Assembly (NCBI GenBank): GCA_000708835.1
Contig: DF237115.1
Span: 62,001 to 126,000 of the forward strand
DNA length: 64,000 bases
Direction of reading: 5' to 3'
From: Klebsormidium nitens
Lineage: Eukaryota > Plantae > Klebsormidiophyceae
This document shows positions 59,907 to 64,000 of the stretch, one piece after another. Under the pieces are notes generated by a model. The model made no database searches. It was not told where the DNA came from and was given only the letters and a program-made list of their open reading frames with translations. The position numbers and the translations under genes were made by a program. Positions within the stretch are counted from its first letter, which is position 1. Each line of letters begins with the position of its first letter.

Positions 59907-62900
59907 TCAGCCGAGGGGTTCTCTCCGCAAGCGCTTCATTTCGGCGGATAACATGCCCATGGAGACCCGCGCAGGGCTCAGCGAGGGCCCCCCGCCCTCC
60001 ACACGCAGCGTCCCGTTCAAGTAGGCCAACTCGCGCAGTTGAGCTTTCTTGACTTGGTCGTTGCTCTCGTCCTGCACAAACGCAGAGGTTGTTTGAGGAT
60101 GATTGCTTGACCTCCGGAATGATAAGTAGACACTATCGGTTTGTCAAAAGCATCGAAACCAGGGCAGGCCTGATCGATCTTCGGTGAACGTCGCAGTAAT
60201 AGCCAACATGAAATTTCCAGTTGAGAGAGGACACAGTACGATGCAGACATTACTGACGGCTCGACAAGTTCGTAAACGAGCTTCAGTCCGCACTCAAGAA
60301 GGAACAACTATTCAGCCCTCAAATGCTGGAACATTTACCACTGGCTTTGTTGAGTACGTGAAAGCAGAGATTCGCACGTGGCGCGACATGCTGACTGACT
60401 CCGAACCGAAACCCCAAGCAGTTATACTGAGATATGCCGCGAGGTATCCGCCGTCCCAGATTGACCCCCTTGATGGGTTCGCAGGCAATCTTCCTTCAAG
60501 GATCAACGCAACATACTGAAACAAAAGCCTGAAACTCACGACTGGCTTGATGAGTTCGTGAATGATCTCTACGGCCTGGCTCAGTTGTGCGTCCACGATG
60601 CCTAGCGGCATCTCAGCCTCGATGTGCACATGCAGCGGCTCCTTCAGGTGCTCGAACCCCGGCTTGTCCCGCATCTTCTCCTCCTGCGAAACCGGTGAGA
60701 CCGCGGTAAGATTAGGGGCTCAGATTTTCCTCCAGGCCTGACAGTGTTTAAGCGCAATCTGCGGCCGACCACGACCAGGGAACTTTTACTGTGACGCCTT
60801 AACGACTGAGTCTGGAGTTACAGCGGCCTTGAGGTGCTCGAAACCGGGCTTGTCCCGCATCTTACCCTCCTGCAAGATCAGGAAGGCCGCCGTAACGCTA
60901 GGAGCTGAAATCCGCCAGACGCTACAGCGTTCTGGCCGACCAAGACGTAAAATTCAGGACAGAATAGGTCGAGACTTCGGTTGTGGCCTGAGCTAGTCCC
61001 GCATCTTCTCCTCCGAAAACAAGAACAACATCGTCGGAGGAAATCGGGAACAGCATCGTAACATTAGGTCCCTCAACCGTCACAGCATCATATCCACGCA
61101 GCGGACGACCAAGGTATCCGGACCAATGATTCGTAACGCTTTCACGTAGCCCCACTTTCGGCGTTACAGCGTTCATAGCTGTATTGTCGAGCGGCAAGAA
61201 AAGCCGAAGGCAAGAGGACTCAATAACATTACTTTCCCGGCTTGTCCCGCTAAGTCTTCCACACGATCATTACATTTGCTTTGCGCTAAGGTCTAACGTT
61301 CTCCAGAGAATACGGCGTCCACCAGAATCCCACCAGAGGAACTCTTCGGGGTTTCATGCCCACGCAAAACTTCCAAGACCCTTGGTCGAAACTGGGCTGT
61401 CCGTCTCCCGTCCGGCACGAAAAAGATAAGGCTTTCTGAGGCTCACTCTAGCTCGTCTTTCCGATGCTGCAGTTCCTGATTACCCGTCAGCGCAGATTTT
61501 CCCACGGTCAGGAACAAAGACGCTGGTACTGTGGCCTCCGTAATCGGAACAGCCTATTACCAAGAAATGTTTAACAAAAGGCACTGTAACTCCAGCTCGC
61601 ATCTGGGCGCTCCGTGACTAACGTCCCGAGCCAGCCCAGAAAGACCTCGCCCAACCGGTGAACCGTTGAATCCGGTGAAGCGGTGAACCGGTGAACCATT
61701 GAATCCGGAAAACCCCTTTTGCACGGTAAGTTTGCTCGGGCCGGAGATCAAAAAAGTGGTGTCCGCGGAATATTGGCTCTTACATAGCTCCGTAAGGTCC
61801 TGGATTCGGTCCCTCTTACCTTTACTTGGTCCTTTATTGAGCCGCGCCCTCGTATCAGCACCTTGCAGCCGGTCCCCGCTTCTATCCGTTTCAACGAGTT
61901 GCCCCGCGGCCCCAGTATTCGCCCCACGAAGTTGTACTGCGGGGAAAAAGCGACACGTGTCAGGTCCGTAAAACAAAATTTGAACCTTCCTGGACTGTCT
62001 CGCAACCCAACTATCAGATGTCGGCCGAACAAAATCTTTTCCCTTATGTTTCTTCCAAAAATGAAAACATCGTGATGGGCTACTTGCCAAGCGAGACTTT
62101 TGACCTCCCGCCACCGTCTCACGGATCAAGGTTTTTGTGGCAAGGTCCGGTGCCTTCCAATCAATGAAAATTAAAGACGTCTTCACCAGACCGTACCTTC
62201 CTTCCGATGCAAACTGCTGACCAACCCCTCTCTGCCCTCGAGGGCAGAAACTTGTTTTCGACAGATGTCAATCAAGCAAAGGGCCTTTCTCGACCGCTTC
62301 AAGACGCACATTTACCAAAGCAGACCCGTCTTTCAATTCTCAAAAGGCATAGGTCACCTCCGCAGCTTTTCACTCGACCGCCACGGTTTCAGCCTTTCTC
62401 AAGGCATAATCTCCACAAAACGTCGGTTACTTCTCAGTACGTCTCTCCTCACCCGAATACATGGCTGCCAGATTGCAAGCCTTTCTCGACTATTGCAGCT
62501 AAAAGGAGGGTTCACTCTTGAGGTAAGACCTCTTGGAGTAAGACCTCACGTTCGATTACCTAAGGGTTCGTGCCAAAGCAGACTTGTATCCCGGACTGAG
62601 AAGCGGATGAACCCGCTCCTGAAGCACAACCTTACATTCGGATATTTGTCGACCGGAACTTCGACCTTCCTCGACCGTTTCACGACGGGCCCTTGGGCGA
62701 GCGAACCCTGAGAGGCGCTCCAGCCCATTCCGCTTGCGCCGCTAGGAGACGGGGCGCTCTGGTGCGGATAACCCTGCATATTGTTTTTCAATTCAAAAAG
62801 ATGCCCCATATGCCTGACAGGAACGAATCAAAGCAACGGTTACATACTCTGCGATTCGGATCACTTTTAGAAAATGATCAAATTGTCTCAAAAATGCAAA

Positions 62901-63850
62901 GCCGATGGCCAATCAATCAGAAAAGCCAGCGGAGACCCGAGTCTGGCCAGGCAGTGAGACACAATTTTGGGAGGTGGACCGTCTAAGAAGGCAGAAGACT
63001 TTGACGTGTGGTTCTCGACTTTAGAGGGAGCTAAGGAATGGGTCCTGGTGTTCTATGGAAGAAAAGCACCCGTTCAGGCCAACTTTGCATTCTACCATTT
63101 TCGCAGAAGATTCGCAGCATCGTCAGAGGCCCGAACAGAGTGTTCTGAGGACGCCTGATTGGCTTGTAACCGGCTGCCCGCTCAAAGGAAGACGGCTCTT
63201 AAGACAAAGTCGACAGCTTTGAGGTGTACGATGAAGCTGTCACCAGAAATTGACAGGTGTCCAAAGCTCCTCACCTCTGGCGACATTGCGGGCCAGTTAG
63301 TTGGGGAGTCAGGGGTGCGAGGGGTTCCGGGGGAGGGGTATGCGGCACCAAAAGACGACTGACGACTAAGGACGCTATCTAGGGTCAGGGAGTCGGTGTC
63401 AAACAAGGAGGCGCTCTCAGCTACTCGGGCGATTTCTGCGCACAAGAAAAGTCATGCGATTTGGGTCAGGAGAAGACATTGGGAAAGGGATCTGGACGCA
63501 ATCCTGGGGCTAACTGCGCACAAAAACCAAAGGGGATCTCAGGCCTTAGGCTCTGAAACAAGCGTGAAGACGCAGAGTCGAGCAGAGAGCCACTGGGAGT
63601 TGGAAATAAGCAGCAGTCTTCCAGGCAGAGTTTTTAAAAGCATCTGGGCACCCAGCCATGGCGAAGCAGATTTAGAGTTGGAATTTATTTCGCTCATCCC
63701 CTGTGTCCATTTCAGAGTACTCGTTGTCCAGAGTGGGCGCGGAGGGAATCAACAATATGCTTACCTTGCTGCAACAGCCTACTGCAGTTTGGTAGCACCT
63801 CTACAAAGGGCGCCAACTTCTGCCGTTCAAGAAGCAAAATAGCAAGGTAC
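59907..63850 (-). CDS. KH-domain STAR/QUA RNA-binding protein (plant SPIN1/QKI-like); 5' end outside the window
   Basis: Exons 63850-63765, 63435-63275, 62773-62636, 61936-61820, 60683-60540, 60071-59907. Motifs [71 protein letters not shown] and KKAQLRELA. Confidence 0.9.
60820..61260 (-). repeat. Three progressively decayed echoes of the start of KH exon 60683
   Basis: tgcag|GAGGGTAAGATGCGGGACAAGCCCGG (60869), ttcg-GAGGAGAAGATGCGGGAC (61013) and gcgggacaagccggg (~61235-61250). Confidence 0.8.
61653..61708. repeat. Short 8-9 bp tandem repeat (aaccggtg) in a KH intron
   Basis: Seven degenerate units with a higher-order ~33-bp duplication. Confidence 0.75.
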
Positions 63851-64000
63851 CTGGACGTGAAAAGAAACACATTCAGGGGACGTTTCAAGTTGGCAACCTT
63901 GTAGACAAGGGATGTAGACAGATTCCTTGTTGAAGCGTTCAATAGGAGTTACAAGACCAGAGGCAAGTGCCCTGCAAACAAACATGAGACACTAGTGGTG

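Overview
Eukaryotic, intron-rich genomic DNA with GT-AG introns and GC-rich exons. It is inferred to come from a streptophyte green alga, Klebsormidium-like, because it carries land-plant-type XEG113, EID1-like F-box and KH/STAR genes in an algal-style gene structure. Family assignments rest on motif recognition from memory, not on database searches. Genes reconstructed by hand: two tandem paralogous secreted phytase-like esterases (514-8996, first exon not found; 12178-20029); an intronless two-TM protein resembling the PAC/TMEM206 (DEG/ENaC-fold) channels (22622-23878); the XEG113 arabinosyltransferase (minus, 26501 to about 35458); RPL28 (36703-39326); a decayed EID1-like F-box pseudogene (about 40481-42087); an intronless bacterial-type VOC/glyoxalase (43718-44497); a secreted NAGPA-like phosphodiester glycosidase (minus, 50491-57995) followed by an array of orphan module exons (46180-49620); and a KH/STAR RNA-binding protein (minus, 59907-63850, 5' end outside the window). 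Three unusual things stand out. (1) A ~36-aa six-cysteine module I do not recognise (C-x9-C-x9-CC-x3-C-x9-C) is always split by a phase-0 intron at PNQ|CFN and is appended to two unrelated secreted enzyme families; it appears to be multiplied by symmetric-exon duplication and probably alternative splicing. (2) Pervasive 'splice-junction echo' arrays, i.e. degenerate tandem copies of an acceptor plus exon start or an exon end plus donor, fill the introns of five genes. (3) A candidate PAC-like ion channel occurs in a plant-lineage genome.
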